A DNA stretch of 64,000 nt from Eledone cirrhosa (taxonomy: Eukaryota). Under the pieces are notes generated by a model that was not told the origin of the DNA, searched no databases, and saw only the letters and a list, made by a program, of their open reading frames with translations. Made by a program: the position numbers and the translations under genes. The stretch's first letter is position 1. Each line of letters begins with the position of its first letter. This document shows, one piece after another, positions 14,875 through 30,196 of this stretch. The stretch lies in assembly GCA_964016885.1 (NCBI GenBank), contig OZ024746.1, forward strand, positions 65,038,001 through 65,102,000. The letters are read 5' to 3'.

Positions 14875-17800
14875 ATGTCATGGTTGACGGAGGCTCGGCT
14901 CTGTAAGGTTTTGTAAATTTTGACCGCTATAACAATTGTAAATTGTTTAAAACTTTAACCAAACTGTAGACAAAAACACCCTCCTCCTCGTGAGAGGGGT
15001 CTTTCTGTCCGTTATTTGGCCCTTCGGGGTTAAATAACCGCTTTGTGCCCAATATTTATTTTAAACCCCCCAAAAACATGGCTACAGAAAAGAATTTTCA
15101 CAAGTCACTCCCAATCATTCCGTCTTCTTCTTCCTCAATCGTCACTACAGCAGAGAGAAGATTGTCTCTCTCCCTCCCTTCTCTAAATGTGTCTCTCTCC
15201 CTCCATTCTGTTTCGCAAACGTCGCCAGTAAAGAAAAATAGTTTCCAAAATCACGTGCAAAACATGGAACATTTCTCCACGACGACGACAACGAGGAAAA
15301 AGGTGTGCGCTAAATACGAAAACCCTTTGCATTCGTCTGACGTCATGAATAATAGCAGTAGCAGCCGTAATAACAGCAGCAGCAGCAACAGTGACAAGGA
15401 AAACAACAGTAGCAGCCCCGCAACAGCATCAGCAGCAGCATAAACAACAACAGCATTAGCAGCAACAGCAACAACAACAGCAGCAGAAGCAACAACAACA
15501 ACAACCACAGCAACAGCGGCGGCGGCAGTAGTCGTAGTACCTGCAGCAACAACAAAAGTAACAGCAGCTCTGACGACAACAACAACAACAACAACAACAA
15601 CAGCAGCAAAGAAAAACCAATCTCGTTTGCAGGTATCGCAAAGAACCTGGAAACCATCCTCATAACAAATGAGGAATTACAGGAAGCAAAGCAGATGGTG
15701 ACGAAAACTGGACACCGAGCAATCTGCAAGGCAGCCGAAACATTTTTCGAATCCCAACAGCACTGTACGGTCAGGTACCGTACAGTAAGCACAAAATCCC
15801 GTAGGGTTGAAAGAGCCACAGAGGCTCAAATACAAAAAGCCTTAGGGTCTGTGTGGCAGCGGAAAACGCATATCACCCGAGGCAAGAAATATGACACCGT
15901 AGACGTGCTTTTTGCCACACCCCAGGATGCAAAGGCTCAATCCTTAGTGACCCTAAGGAGCGAGGAAATGGTGTTGGTGCCCTCCTACTGCGGGCAAAAA
16001 ATCGTGAGGGTCAAACTGACCCACGTCCCCCCCCCCCCGGGATGGCCCCTTCTTGGCTGGCCGTGTCTGTCCTCGTCGGAATCGAGGACAAAACAACTGT
16101 ACTGCAAGTACAGAAAAAAGTAAGAGAAGATTGGGTCGGCACCTCCATTGAGATGTTAATCCAAACCAACCAGGAGTGCATCGAAGCTATCCCGGATGTG
16201 ATAGACTTCGATAACGGCACTCAACTGCCCATAAGTGTTAAGGGCAAACGCCCGAAATGCTTTCGCTGTGGATCGAAGACTCACCTCAGGGCCTTCTGCA
16301 ACGAGAAGACCCTGAGAAAGCAGAAAATCCCCCTCCTTCCGAAACCGGCTCCACGGCTACCAGCAACAGGACAAGCGGCAACCAGGAACGATAGGTCCGT
16401 GGCACCCATACCCATGCCACGGAAATCAAGAACAGCAGCAGCAGTGGAAGTATTAACAACAACAACAGTAATACCAACTGCAGCTCCAACAGAGACTCCA
16501 CTGCAAACATCACCAACAACAACAAGTGAAAGAGTGGAGCTGGTACCCCTCCCCGACCTCACAGAATCAGACATGGAGTGTGAGGTAGGAGAGGGATGGC
16601 AAAAGGTCGCAAGAAGGCACAAACGCGGAAGCAGCGCATCGTCGCCTTCGAAAAGGGAGGAAAGAAATGAAAAAGAGGGTAAAGGCTACTGCAAAGAGAC
16701 TCACAGCAACAACACCACCAACACAATCACCACCCACACTAGCACCACCATCACCACCGGCGACAACCCCACCGCCAACAACAACAACACCTTCAACACC
16801 ACCACCACAAGCACTAACATCGCAAACACAACAAAACACACACACCCAGCAACAACGACAAGAAAATAGCAGAACCACACCCCACCCCCAGAAAAACAAA
16901 TGCACGGCAATAAATACACACAACAAGAAACTAATGACTTACATAATTGAATACACAGACATTTCACAGCACGACTACATAATACCAGCACCAATCAAAT
17001 CACCAACGAACATAAGACTGGTAAGAATTACACAGAAACAATACACAAACATTAAAACGAAATTCCCCAACGCAGTTGATGATTTCAGAGACCTAGGAGG
17101 GACTCTCAACCGGAGAGTATATTCGGACATACTCATAGAAGAGCCGACGACCAGCCGAAGGGACGATTCAGCGGTCCCTTCACCAAACGATCAAGTGAAA
17201 AGGGATGGAGAAACCATCCTTTCTCTACGAAAAGTACGGTAAGTGGTCTTTCCCATCTTTTCCACTCCATTTTAAACATGACCTCACTCAGAATAGGCAG
17301 CATAAATGCGCGTGGCTTGGGGTGGTCATGGAAGCAGGGCCACCTTCTCAACGACCTCAGGTCACTAAACATAGATGTAGTGGCCATCAACGAGACCAGA
17401 ATCTCCGAAGCACGGGCCTTCGCACCGATCTTCGGCGGCTACGATGTGTACGCATCTCCCAGATGTCCTGGATCGGGGGGAAGAGTTGCTGTGCTTTTTC
17501 GGAGAGGTTTGGATCTCGCCATACTGGCCATCTTCCTGAACCCAGAGGGTAAGTTGGTGGTTCTGGACGTGACCAGCGGAGACGGGCAAGCTTTCAGGCT
17601 AGTGGCCGTCTATGCCGCGACAGGAGCAGGGCGGCCTGATTTCTTCCGGCGTCTGGAGACCTTTCTTGGAACGTCCCGCTCTTTAGTGTTAGTGGGCGAC
17701 TGGAACGGGGTCTTAGATGCACGCTGGGATTGTGTGGGAATAGCGGATAGGGGTGGAGGGTGCAAGAGCCTCACCAACCTGCTCAGGCGTTTTGAACTGT

Positions 17801-18830
17801 CTGACAGGTACCGATTGGATTTCCCGAATGTGCCAATGTGGACTTGGACAAATCGTATAGGGTCATCCAGATCATATCTAGATAGAGTATCTTGTAGGGA
17901 AATAGATAGGTCTAGCATAGGCTGTCCACAATTCAAGATACTCAGCTACACGGACCACAAATTCGTGATCTGTGTGCTTGACTTAGATAGGCTTCATAGA
18001 CGAGGACCCGGCTACTGGAAGCTAAACGCGTCCTTACCAGCGCGCAAGGCCTACAGAGACCGGATTAGCGAACTAGTTAATCGGCCGTTGACGAGGGCCA
18101 TCGTCAATAACAAGTGGTGGTTTGCTCTGAAAAGAGCGATTAGAATAGAATCCATTAGGTTTAGTAAGGCTTTAGCAATAGAGAAAAATAGAGCAGAGGG
18201 AGAACTAGTTAGAAAATTAGACGAGGCGCTTAGCAAAGGCATCGCGACCGACGTGCTTGCGGCGAAATTGGCCCTTGACCAATTCTTCAATGCAAAGCAC
18301 GAAGGCTGCATTGTCAGAGCTAGGGTGCCTGCTCTCAGACACGAGGGCATGAAAGCCGTTCAATGGGCCCGAGTGGAGGAGGCGCGTCGTGGCAACAAAG
18401 CCACGATCCGGTCTTTGGTGGACCACGACGGGCGCATGCTACTCGATCCCGGGCAAATGTGTGCAGCTTTTCAGCGACAGTTCGCTCAGCTGTTCGGGGG
18501 AAACCGTGGGCCGAGTCGAGGGATGGACTTTAGTGTCTACCTCGACTGACTGCCGCGGCTCTCGGCCACTGAGGCGGAGTGTTGCGAAAAGCCGATAACA
18601 GCCGCTGAAGTACGGGAGGCAATGACTGGCTGCACAAGGGGTAAATCGCCTGGTTTGGATGGTCTGCCTATGAACTTTACGTACAGATGCCAGACTTGTT
18701 CGTAGGACACTTGGTGGACGTCTACTGCAACTGGCAACAGAACGGGAGAATTCCCAGCTCTGTGAGCCGAGGAGCGGTGGCACTGCTGAGAAAGGATCCG
18801 AACAAGGGGGATAACATAGATAATTTCATT
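14875..18830 (+). mobile_element. Tx1/L1-clade LINE copy A: ORF1 plus ORF2 endonuclease, truncated early in RT
   Basis: ORF1 has the zinc knuckle CFRCGSKTHLRAFC and is disrupted at a (CAA/CAG)n tract and a poly-C run. ORF2 from 17278 has APE motifs SINARGL, INET, GDWNGVLD, YLDR and TDH, then KSPGLDGLP. Confidence 0.88.
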
Positions 18831-19179
18831 CTTCTGGTGTTGGTGAGTTTGGCTGTTCTATATAGTGTAGACAGAGGAGAGGAGGGGGGGGGGGGTTCTT
18901 CTTCCATTTATAGCCATTTTCTTTTTTGGATATACAGTGTACAATACAAAGTTGAATATCTGAATATTTGAGCCTTATAACAATATATTTTGGGTCCGAA
19001 TTTTTTTGGGGGCTCAAGCCGGGTGCTTTACGTAGCATTTGTACTAAGAGTTGTTATTTCACAAATGATTTAAATATGTTAAAAATTCAAAACTTACGGG
19101 AGCGATTTCATGACCTCCGCCACCTCGTGCGTCTTCTTTCGACGACTATCAGATCTTCGCATCTGTTAGCAGGCCGGGA

Positions 19180-22100
19180 ATGGGGGTGGGGTGGCAGTGC
19201 TGTTTAGGAAAGGACTGGATCTCGAGGTAAGGTCGATCTTCTGGGACCCGGACGGTAAGTTGGTGGTCTTGGATGTGAGCAGTAGCGAAGTTGGTGCCTT
19301 TAGACTGCTGGCCGCCTACGCCCCTACAGGGGCCGGACGACCTGACTTCTTTAGGCGCCTGGAGACCTTTCTGGGTACGTCTCGCCCTTTACTGTTAGCG
19401 GGGGACTGGAATGGCATCTTAGACGCACGCTGGGATTGTGTGGGAGTAGCCGATAGGAGCGGGGGGTGCAAAAGCCTCAAGCACCTACTCAGCCAGTTCC
19501 AACTGTCTGACAGGTATCGACTAGATTTCCCCAATGTGCCAGTATGGACATGGACCAACCGAATGGGGTCATCTAGATCGTATATAGACAGAATCTTCAT
19601 TAGGAAAATAGATAGAAATAGTGTGGGCTGTCCACTTTTTAAAACGGTCGCCTATTCAGATCACAAATTTGTGATCTGTACGGTCGACCTAAATAAAACG
19701 CGTAGGTTAGGACCGGGTTACTGGAAGCTGAACATGTCATTTCCGGCACGTAAGGCTTACAGGGACCGAGTCAATAAGTTAGTTAAGCAAAAGTTGACAG
19801 GGGGGATCATCAACAACAGATGGTGGGGGGCTCTCAAAAGAGAGATCAGAGTAACTTCGATAGAGTTCAGCAAAGAACTAGCGTTAGAGAAAAATAGAAA
19901 GGAGGGGGAGCTGGTAGATAAGTTAGACGAGGCTATTTGTTGTGGCATCGCAACTGACGTGCTAGCGGCGAGAATGGCATTAGACCATTTCTTCAATGCC
20001 AAACACGAAGGTTGCATTGTCAGAGCTAAGGCGCGTGCGCTGAGAAACGAGGGAACTAAAGCTGTTCGATGGGCCCGCGTGGCGGAGGCGCAGCGTGGTA
20101 ATAAAACCACAATTCGGTCTTTGGCGGACCGAGACGGACACGAGATAAGCGATTCCAAGCGGATGTGTGAGGCCTTTCGCCAGCACTTTGCTCGGTTGTT
20201 CGGGGAGAGTGGCGGGTCAGAGAGAGTAGCGGATTTCAGTCCCTACCTTGACGGCTTGCCGCGCATCTCGACGGTCGACGCTGAGCGCTGCGAAAGGCCG
20301 ATTACTTCAGCCGAAATTCAGGACGCCCTTGTCGGCTGCATGAGGCGCAAGTCACCAGGCTTGGATGGCCTGCCCTACGAGCTTTACGTAAATATGCCAG
20401 ACTTGTTCTCCGAACTCCTTGAAGCACTCTACTGTAACTGGCAGCAGAATGGGAGTATTCCCAGTTCTGTGAGCAGGGGAGTGGTGACGCTGATAAGGAA
20501 AGACGAGAACAAGAGGGATACATTAGACAACTTCAGGCCCATAACTCTGCTCAACACAGAGTTTAAGATTTTGGCCAAGGTGTTAGCAAAGAGATTGGCG
20601 CTTGTCGTCGAGGATTTGGTTGGGGAGGCGCAAACTTGCGCAATCCCAGCCAGGTCCATACACGACAATCTCCACCTCATGCGATACATCATAGAGAGGG
20701 TAGGGTGTAAACCTGGCTTCGGTGGGGCACTGATCAATTTAGATCAATCGAAAGCATTCGATAGGGTCGACCATCGGTATCTGGAGTTTGTCCTCAAAGC
20801 AGCTGGCTTCGGCCCTGTCTTTAGAAACTGGATCGTTGCAATGCACAGCGGCACACGCTCGGTGGTCAAAGTTAATGGCCACCTCTCGGAACCATTTCGG
20901 CTCTCCCGATCGGTCCGTCAAGGGTGCCCTCTCTCTTCCCTTCTGTACGTATTGACTCTCGAGCCTTTACTGCGGAAGCTGGAGCTGTTGCAGGGCATCC
21001 CGCTCGAACCGGGACGTGGAAAGGCGGTGTCGGCTTATGCGGACGACATAACCGTGATGGTGTCGAACACCTCAGAAATCGAGGTGGTCGGCACCTTATT
21101 GAAAGAATATGAAAAGTTGACAGGAGCCAAACTTAACCCGGAATAGTCGGTGGGCTTGCAGCTCGGAACCTGGAGAGGCAAGCCCATGCCGTCCAACAGC
21201 GTCGTGGGGTGCTGGACGGACGGACCAGTAAAGTTGCTCGGGGTTTGGTTCGGACCAGACCTCCAGGTGGAAAAGAATTGGGACGAGGTAACGAGCAGAG
21301 TAGCCAGTCTCACCCAAAAATGGGCTGGGAGGAAGCTATCACTGAAAGGTCGCGCGGAGGTGGCGAATGCGTACATCGCGTCCGTCATCTATTACCGCCT
21401 AACCGTCGTGCCTTGCCCCCGTCCGCGCCTCGTCAAGTTGGAACGGCTCCTCTTCAAATTCTTGTGGAGGGGACAAGTTCCGTTGGTGAGGCGGTCCATC
21501 TGCTGCCAGCACCCTCTACACGGAGGGCTGGGCATGCCGTGGCTAATGATGCGCAGACATGCGTTGAGGCTGCGACATCTCCAGATATTCTGCCTCAATG
21601 GTGAACAGGTGTGGTCGCCGTTTATCAGACGGGCCTTTCCGCAGCTCATTTCTTTGACTGAGCTGCAGTCCTGGGTCAAGAAGAGACCGAGACTGGGTGA
21701 CTGGCACCTGGAATGTTGCCAGGCACTCACTGCCCTCTACCAAGCGGGCAATGCGATCAGTGGAACTTCCACTCTCGAGTTTTATAGAGGATTAGTGGTG
21801 GGCAAGTGCGATGACGCACTCGGAGAAGCTTTGGGCCTCGACGAAGTCGAACTGACCAGTCCGTACCGGAGGACTTTTGAGCCGGGGACGATGGACAATT
21901 TCCAGAAATCCCTCGCTTGGCAGTGCTACCGGGGGGCACTGCCGGTTCGGGATAAACTCTACAGGCACGGAAGTGCTGTCAGACGGACCTGCCCAAGATG
22001 CGCACAGAACGACGAAACCGTTCTGCATGCACTTGTCCAATGTCCGTGCATTACTGACTTGTGGAGTTATGTCGAACAGCTACTGTCGCGTGTGGAACGA

Positions 22101-22692
22101 ATCCAGTTATCGGCCGAGTCCATAGTGAAGATCGAGCCGCCACCTTCCTTAGGTCAGGAAGAACAGGACATTTTCCTCTGTCTGGTGGCAGTTGCGAAAG
22201 AGATTATATGGTGGACCAGGTTGAAAGGACTAAAGACAGACACTTTTCTCTTCGGCCAATCCCTCATCAACTTCTTCAAGTTTCACCTGGAAAGGAGGGT
22301 GAGGGTGGAGAGAGAAGTGCTGCCCCCCCCCCCCCCCCCAGTACATTTGCTAAAAGGTGGGTGAATGTGGCAAGAATGGCTCGTGTGAATGGGCCTACTC
22401 TGACCATGCGCCTATAGGCTGGCTAACTTGAGGAGAGGGGTGCTCTCCTGGGTGCTCTAGAAACGCAGGGTGGTTCAGGATTGGTGGGGTACCCGAATCA
22501 CCCCAGGGTCGTCCACCCCCTATCGGGGAATTTATTTTGTTATATTTTGCATAGTTTATTTTATATTTTATATTTTCATTGTTAAATTAGTCTTGCCATT
22601 ATCACTTTTACTCGACCTTATTGTAAACCCCCACTGTCCCTGTCTTTGTATTGTCCCCTACATGTCGGCCCTTGTGGCTAATAAATGAAATC
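19180..22692 (+). mobile_element. Tx1/L1-clade LINE copy B: 5'-truncated ORF2 (APE-RT-zinc finger), one internal stop at 21144
   Basis: GDWNGILD, KAFDRVDH, RQGCPLS, YADD and CPRC..HALVQC. The 3' UTR ends ggcccttgtggctaataaa followed by an (ATT)n tail. Confidence 0.92.
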
Positions 22693-22736
22693 ATTATTAT
22701 TATTATTATTATTATTGTTATTGTTATTCCTATAAC

Positions 22737-22777
<41 letters not shown>

Positions 22778-22781
22778 TTTC

Positions 22782-22848
<67 letters not shown>

Positions 22849-22852
22849 TTAG

Positions 22853-22908
22853 GATGAAGAAACATATGAAGATGCTGACAAGATCATGGCGATTTTAGAG
22901 AAACATAA
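22853..22908 (+). CDS. GH10-WSC gene exon (DEETYEDADKIMAILEKH-N)
   Basis: ttttag acceptor and AA|gtaatg donor. The phase 0 to 2 exon exactly bridges 7540 and 39894 and supplies the ADK..L..N helix before RGH. Confidence 0.85.
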
Positions 22909-23285
22909 GTAATGATTTTTAATCTTGAATTAGAAAAAATGTAAACAAACAATGAATGCACATAAACACACATACATACACATACACACATATATACACA
23001 CACAGGGAAATTGTTTGGACATGCATAAACGTTATATATGAACATGCTATTATTGTAAAATACTGTGAAATTAAACCCCGTAGTTAAACAACAAGGTGAC
23101 ACTAAAATGACAATATCTATTATATTTTTGAGAGGTGTTTCAGCAGTAATTTATTATTTTTCATCAGTGTGTCCGCTTTGGTTATGCTCGCCAGCATTTG
23201 TCATTGATGGGTGATCATTTAAAAAAATGAAACACGAAAACAAAGAAATAAGTATTACAATGTATGCATGCAAATATGCATACAT

Positions 23286-23369
23286 TGCATACATATCTCC
23301 TCATTTGCTGATATGCATACATATCTCCTCATTTGCTGATATGCATACATATCTCCTCATTTGCTGATA
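23286..23369. repeat. 28-bp unit x3 at the truncation point of the PLE RT
   Basis: tgcatacatatctcctcatttgctgata three times. Confidence 0.9.
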
Positions 23370-25125
23370 GCATTGAGATCCTATACGAGATAGATTTGAT
23401 TACTGCTCTGATGACTGCCGGTGGGTGGTTAGAGTGTGGGCTAATATATGTGAGTATTTCACCTGGTTTATGGTAAGGGTAATATAGGTTATTGTTGAGA
23501 TCCAGGGTGACGTCTAGGACGTTTACTACTTTATGGCTCGGCTCGATGGTGATAGAGAGACCGTTATTTTTAAAGAATCTATGTAATTGTTTTTTTAGTG
23601 CAATTGTGGACTGCAAATAGGGCGTCGTCCATGTATATTCCGCCTTGCAAGGGTTGGATTTCGGCCCTGATGTTATGTAATAGGTAAATCCCAACTAAAT
23701 CGGTGATTTGCGCGGAGTCACTTGAGCCCATCGTAATGTCAAAGTTGTCTGTTCTATCTTTCTAGTCCAGAGTGCTCCGTTGAATTCAATGATAGTCTGC
23801 CTATCCATAAGTATGATGTTAATCTCATTATTGGTTATGTCCGAGTTGGTGCTGGCTAGGGTTAATGCTTTGTTGAGCAGTTCCTGGGTTATTGACGCGT
23901 AATAGCTGTCTATGTCAAATTGGATGAACCTCATAGATTGCTTGGACCTTAGATCAGAGAACCATCTAATAACTTGTCCGGTGCTGGACCACAACTTGTA
24001 GGTGGTTTCATCCCGTAGCCCAGGGATTATCCTATCAAGGATGTTCTTACTGATGCGGCCCAGGTCAGATGTGGTTGGGGTTATAAGTCTAATAGATGGG
24101 TTCTCTATAAAGTTTGGTTTGTGATCCTTGAGAGAGAACCTTGGGGTTGTTGGTACATAAGGGTGGGTAAATCTATCCAGATGCAAGTCCTTAACCAAAG
24201 CCTGGGCTTTTCGGTTAAGTACGTTTACACTGGAGGGTATAGTTTTTTAAATAGTTTTTATTGAGTTCTTTAAGAAGGAAAGAGTTGTAAGTTTCAGGAG
24301 TCATGGTGTATAGATTTTTAGTTTTGTCAGACATAACATGTAAGAGGTGGCTATCTTTAAATTTTTTTTATAGTTGTTGCTAATTTAGTGAGGAAGTTAT
24401 TCTTGTGTCTATAATGCTTTTTGAATTTAATGCTCCTGACGAAGATGAATAGATCTTTCTCGAAAGGGTCCAGCAGGATGTTGTGTGGGGAGTTCTTGCA
24501 GGTAGTAAATCCATATCTATTTGCTGTACTTCCGGCGTCAGCAGCAACCGCACGGTCAAAGTGGTACGCTTTCCATCTTATTCTTCGGATGAAGGAGTTG
24601 ACACTCTGTATTAAGAGTTTGATGTATGTCTTCCTGTCCGGGATAGGTATGGACTTAAGTGAGATTCTGAGTTCCTGCTTGCTCAACATGGTGGCTTCTA
24701 ACAGTAAATAGCTCAACTACAGGAGCTCAAGTATACACAGTTCAAGAGTAACCAATCTTAAAGAGAGAGATGGAGATAGGAGAGGAGATATGAGAGGAGA
24801 GATTGGTGAATTAGTTAGAAGCCAAAGCGTAAAGGCATGTGCACAATGTGCAATATGCAGTAGAAAGCAGCTAGGTGGCTGGGTTCATGCAGAAGTTAGG
24901 TGTGCAGAGCGGGAAATATTCATTAGTTAAGCAAAACAAGACCACAAATTTCACAAGGAAGACATTATTAAAAGATTGTCAACATATTTTAGTTTGATGT
25001 AAGGAATGTAAAGAATAATAATAATAATAATATTAATAATAATAATGTAGAGAATGTAGAGAATAATAATAATAATAATATTAATAATAATAATGTCAGT
25101 TTACAATTGTTTCGGTGGCAGCGGC
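23329..25125 (-). mobile_element. Penelope-like element (probably Naiad-type): pLTR remnant, 5' leader and frameshifted RT
   Basis: SLKSIPIP..RIRWKA, LKDHKPNF..RLITP, FIQFDIDSYYASI, GIYMDDAL and SNHPP motifs. The clade is assigned from recalled motifs. Confidence 0.82.
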
Positions 25126-25249
25126 CTGCTCCCCACTCCAAGTAGCAAACTAAAAATCAACTCTAGAATAGGAATGAGAAATAGGATGACAAATAACAAA
25201 TCCCCACGTAATAATAACCCTTGGAAGGCCCCTACCAACTCCACTAGAA

Positions 25250-26796
<1,547 letters not shown>

Positions 26797-26829
26797 TGTA
26801 TATATATATATATATATTAATGTATATAT

Positions 26830-26886
<57 letters not shown>

Positions 26887-26897
26887 TGTATATATAT

Positions 26898-27008
<111 letters not shown>

Positions 27009-27065
27009 ATCTTTTTTATTTGAATTTGGCAAAGCCGGCCATATACAGGAAACTTACTGGCCGGT

Positions 27066-27164
27066 CTGCTGATATGCAAATCTGGCTGATCAGTGGATCT
27101 GCTAATATGCAGATCTGACTGATCAGCCAGTCTGCTAATATACAAATCAGGCCGATCAGTCACT
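27066..27164. repeat. 33-bp minisatellite x3
   Basis: Diverged copies of tctgctRatatRcaRatcWgRcYgatcag. Confidence 0.8.
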
Positions 27165-27237
27165 GTGTATTTTTGAAAATAGCATATATTTTCACTAGCT
27201 CTGATATATATATATATATATATATATGAATATTTAC

Positions 27238-27284
<47 letters not shown>

Positions 27285-27302
27285 AACACACACACATACA
27301 TA

Positions 27303-27410
<108 letters not shown>

Positions 27411-27590
27411 GAAAATAGAGAAATTAATGTAAGCAAGAAGTCAACAGTAATTCAGACATATAAGTGACTATTATGTCAAGATGAAAAATATTTAATGTAA
27501 GATATGGCAAAGTAATTTAATCCCAATTCAAAACAAGTCAAGACTAGAAATTTTATCCACAGATTTTGTGTAATCCGGGGAAAAAATAAC

Positions 27591-27683
<93 letters not shown>

Positions 27684-27817
27684 ATTATTTCTGAAGACAG
27701 CATATATATGTGTAGGTATGTATATTTCCTCTGATAGTTTGTAAATTTTTTACATAGATCTATATGATATACATACCAACATACACATATATAACCTAGA
27801 AACGATCGTAAAATGAT
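27684..27817 (+). ncRNA. Type I hammerhead with ~100-nt helix II
   Basis: attattt CTGAAGA [tatatatgtgta/tacacatatata and ggtatgtatat/atatacatacc pairings] GAAA cgatcg TA aaatgat. Confidence 0.7.
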
Positions 27818-27869
27818 GAATTTCTTAATATAAGGAACTGTTGCTTTGTTTTTATTCATTGTTTTTATT

Positions 27870-27930
<61 letters not shown>

Positions 27931-27935
<5 letters not shown>

Positions 27936-28321
27936 AGTATGTATGTATACGTACATACATATATGTATACAGACGTACAGTAGCATGCACATATATATAT
28001 ATATACATATATATACATACAGGTACACATACATATATGCACGCATCAGCATATATGCTGCTCAGCCGTTAATTTTCATAAGGAAAGTATATACTTTCGA
28101 ACGTTCAACTATCTGGCAGATGGGTATACGGTGCTGATGATAGCTAACAAGCTTGAAACTAGTACATCGTTCCTGTGTCAGTGCTGAACAAAAAGGTGAC
28201 GTGGTTGCCTTAACACCGTATGGCATAAATTCAGGCTGTTCAGTTTGTTTACAAACGAACAAAGCGGCGTTATAATAAGCGTCCGCTAAACTGATGCGTG
28301 CATATATGTATGTGTACCTGT

Positions 28322-28352
<31 letters not shown>

Positions 28353-28468
28353 TGCATGCTACTGTACGTCTGTATACATATATGTATGTACGTATACATA
28401 CATACTTACATTTAAGTAAGTGCCATACTAAGAGTGAGAAATGAAATTTCGTTTTCATTTTATTTCAA

Positions 28469-28472
<4 letters not shown>
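27931..28472. mobile_element. Diverged fold-back copy of the 466-bp HHR unit, hammerhead at 28128-28170(+)
   Basis: A short inverted arm plus about one unit. (TA)n on both sides. Confidence 0.85.
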
Positions 28473-28540
<68 letters not shown>

Positions 28541-28817
28541 AAATGTTGAAATACAAACACAAATTCAAAACAATGATAATAGAGTTAGGAAATCGAGTAA
28601 AATAGCCTGTGGGCTAAAAGATAAGTGGCCGGCAGCCGCGACAGAGAATTGAACTCTGTACCTCTTGAATTCTGGTCTACTGAGTTACCTTTATATATAT
28701 ATATATAGTAATAATAATAAATATGAAGACTAAAATCCAAAGTGGACTCGATAAGGATGAATATATAAATATATACATAAATACATATATATATATATAT
28801 GTGTGTGTGTATGTATT

Positions 28818-28910
<93 letters not shown>

Positions 28911-29709
28911 ACGTGTGCAATTTTGATAGATCTTTCAACATTTGAGGCCGCTGGTTACAGCAGTAGTAGTTGTTACCAACATTAACAGTGAAAATGGTGA
29001 AAATTGAATACCTGTTAAATTCAATGAAAAATATCAATTTAGTTGCTGATGGAATCACATTTATCCCTGTTGAGGGTCCTCGGAGCAACCTTTATATCAG
29101 AAGTTAATAAAACAAGGAAAGTTCTTTAATATGATTCAATCAGATATAAATTATTCACTTTTCGTTTTATTTACTTTCAAAGTCTTTGAAAAATGTTTGG
29201 GAATGAGGAGGGGTGAGGAGTAAAAGAAAAGGGAAGAAGAAAAATAGAGGTTGATAATTGGGTAATATTCACCAATCAAATTCGTTCGTTATCAGGCGGT
29301 TGTTATATTCTATTTTCAATAAATCCTAGATTTGAAGTTCTTTGCCCTTTCTTTTCTATATTGGCTAAATGCTGGATTTGTAGTTCTTTGTCCTTTTGTT
29401 TGAGTAAATCACAATCCTATAACTATTTGTTGGACATCACATTTCTCTCTGTGCTTAGATTTGGCCAATGAGTGACAATCTAATTTCTCCCCGTGCTTAG
29501 ATTTGGCCAATGGAAATAACATTTTGAGGATTTGATTTGTGTTTCCACTTCATTGTAGCCATCAATTTTTATCTATATTTTCTCTCTTGACACAATATCA
29601 ATTCAAACAACATACAGTGGCGGTCATTATCAACTGTTTAATTTACCAGCCACAAGGCTGAACGAACAATCACACACACACACACTCACACACACAAAAA
29701 AATATATAA

Positions 29710-29749
<40 letters not shown>

Positions 29750-29839
29750 TATATATAAGATTAATATGGTTCATTGATTACTCAATACTGGAATTGAACC
29801 ATCAAGACAGTTGAGGTATGTCATACATCAATTCATATA

Positions 29840-29901
29840 TTTTATCTGATGAAGAGGTACTGAAAAAACACCACAGTACCTCCGAAATATATATAATAAA
29901 A
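29840..29901 (+). ncRNA. Type I hammerhead
   Basis: ttttat CTGATGA a-gaggtactg..cagtacctc-c GAAA tatata TA ataaaa. Related copy at 59021. Confidence 0.72.
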
Positions 29902-29945
29902 CATATATTTTGATTATGTGAACGTCTTCATTTATTAATATTTTG

Positions 29946-29992
<47 letters not shown>

Positions 29993-30076
29993 AAAGGTAA
30001 ACAGAAATAAGAACTCAATCGGTACAGTATATGGAAGGGACATATTAGGTTAACGCTTGATATAGCAGGAAGAGGG

Positions 30077-30112
30077 TCTTAACGTTTCGGACGCTAGTCC
30101 TTCATCAGAAGA
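30077..30112 (-). ncRNA. Minimal PLE-type hammerhead
   Basis: Minus strand: tctt CTGATGA a ggac tagc gtcc GAAA cg TT aaga. Sister copy at 47592. Confidence 0.65.
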
Positions 30113-30162
30113 AAGAATGAGAAATAAGATAGATTCAGGGGACGGGCGGGTATGTATATATG

Positions 30163-30196
<34 letters not shown>

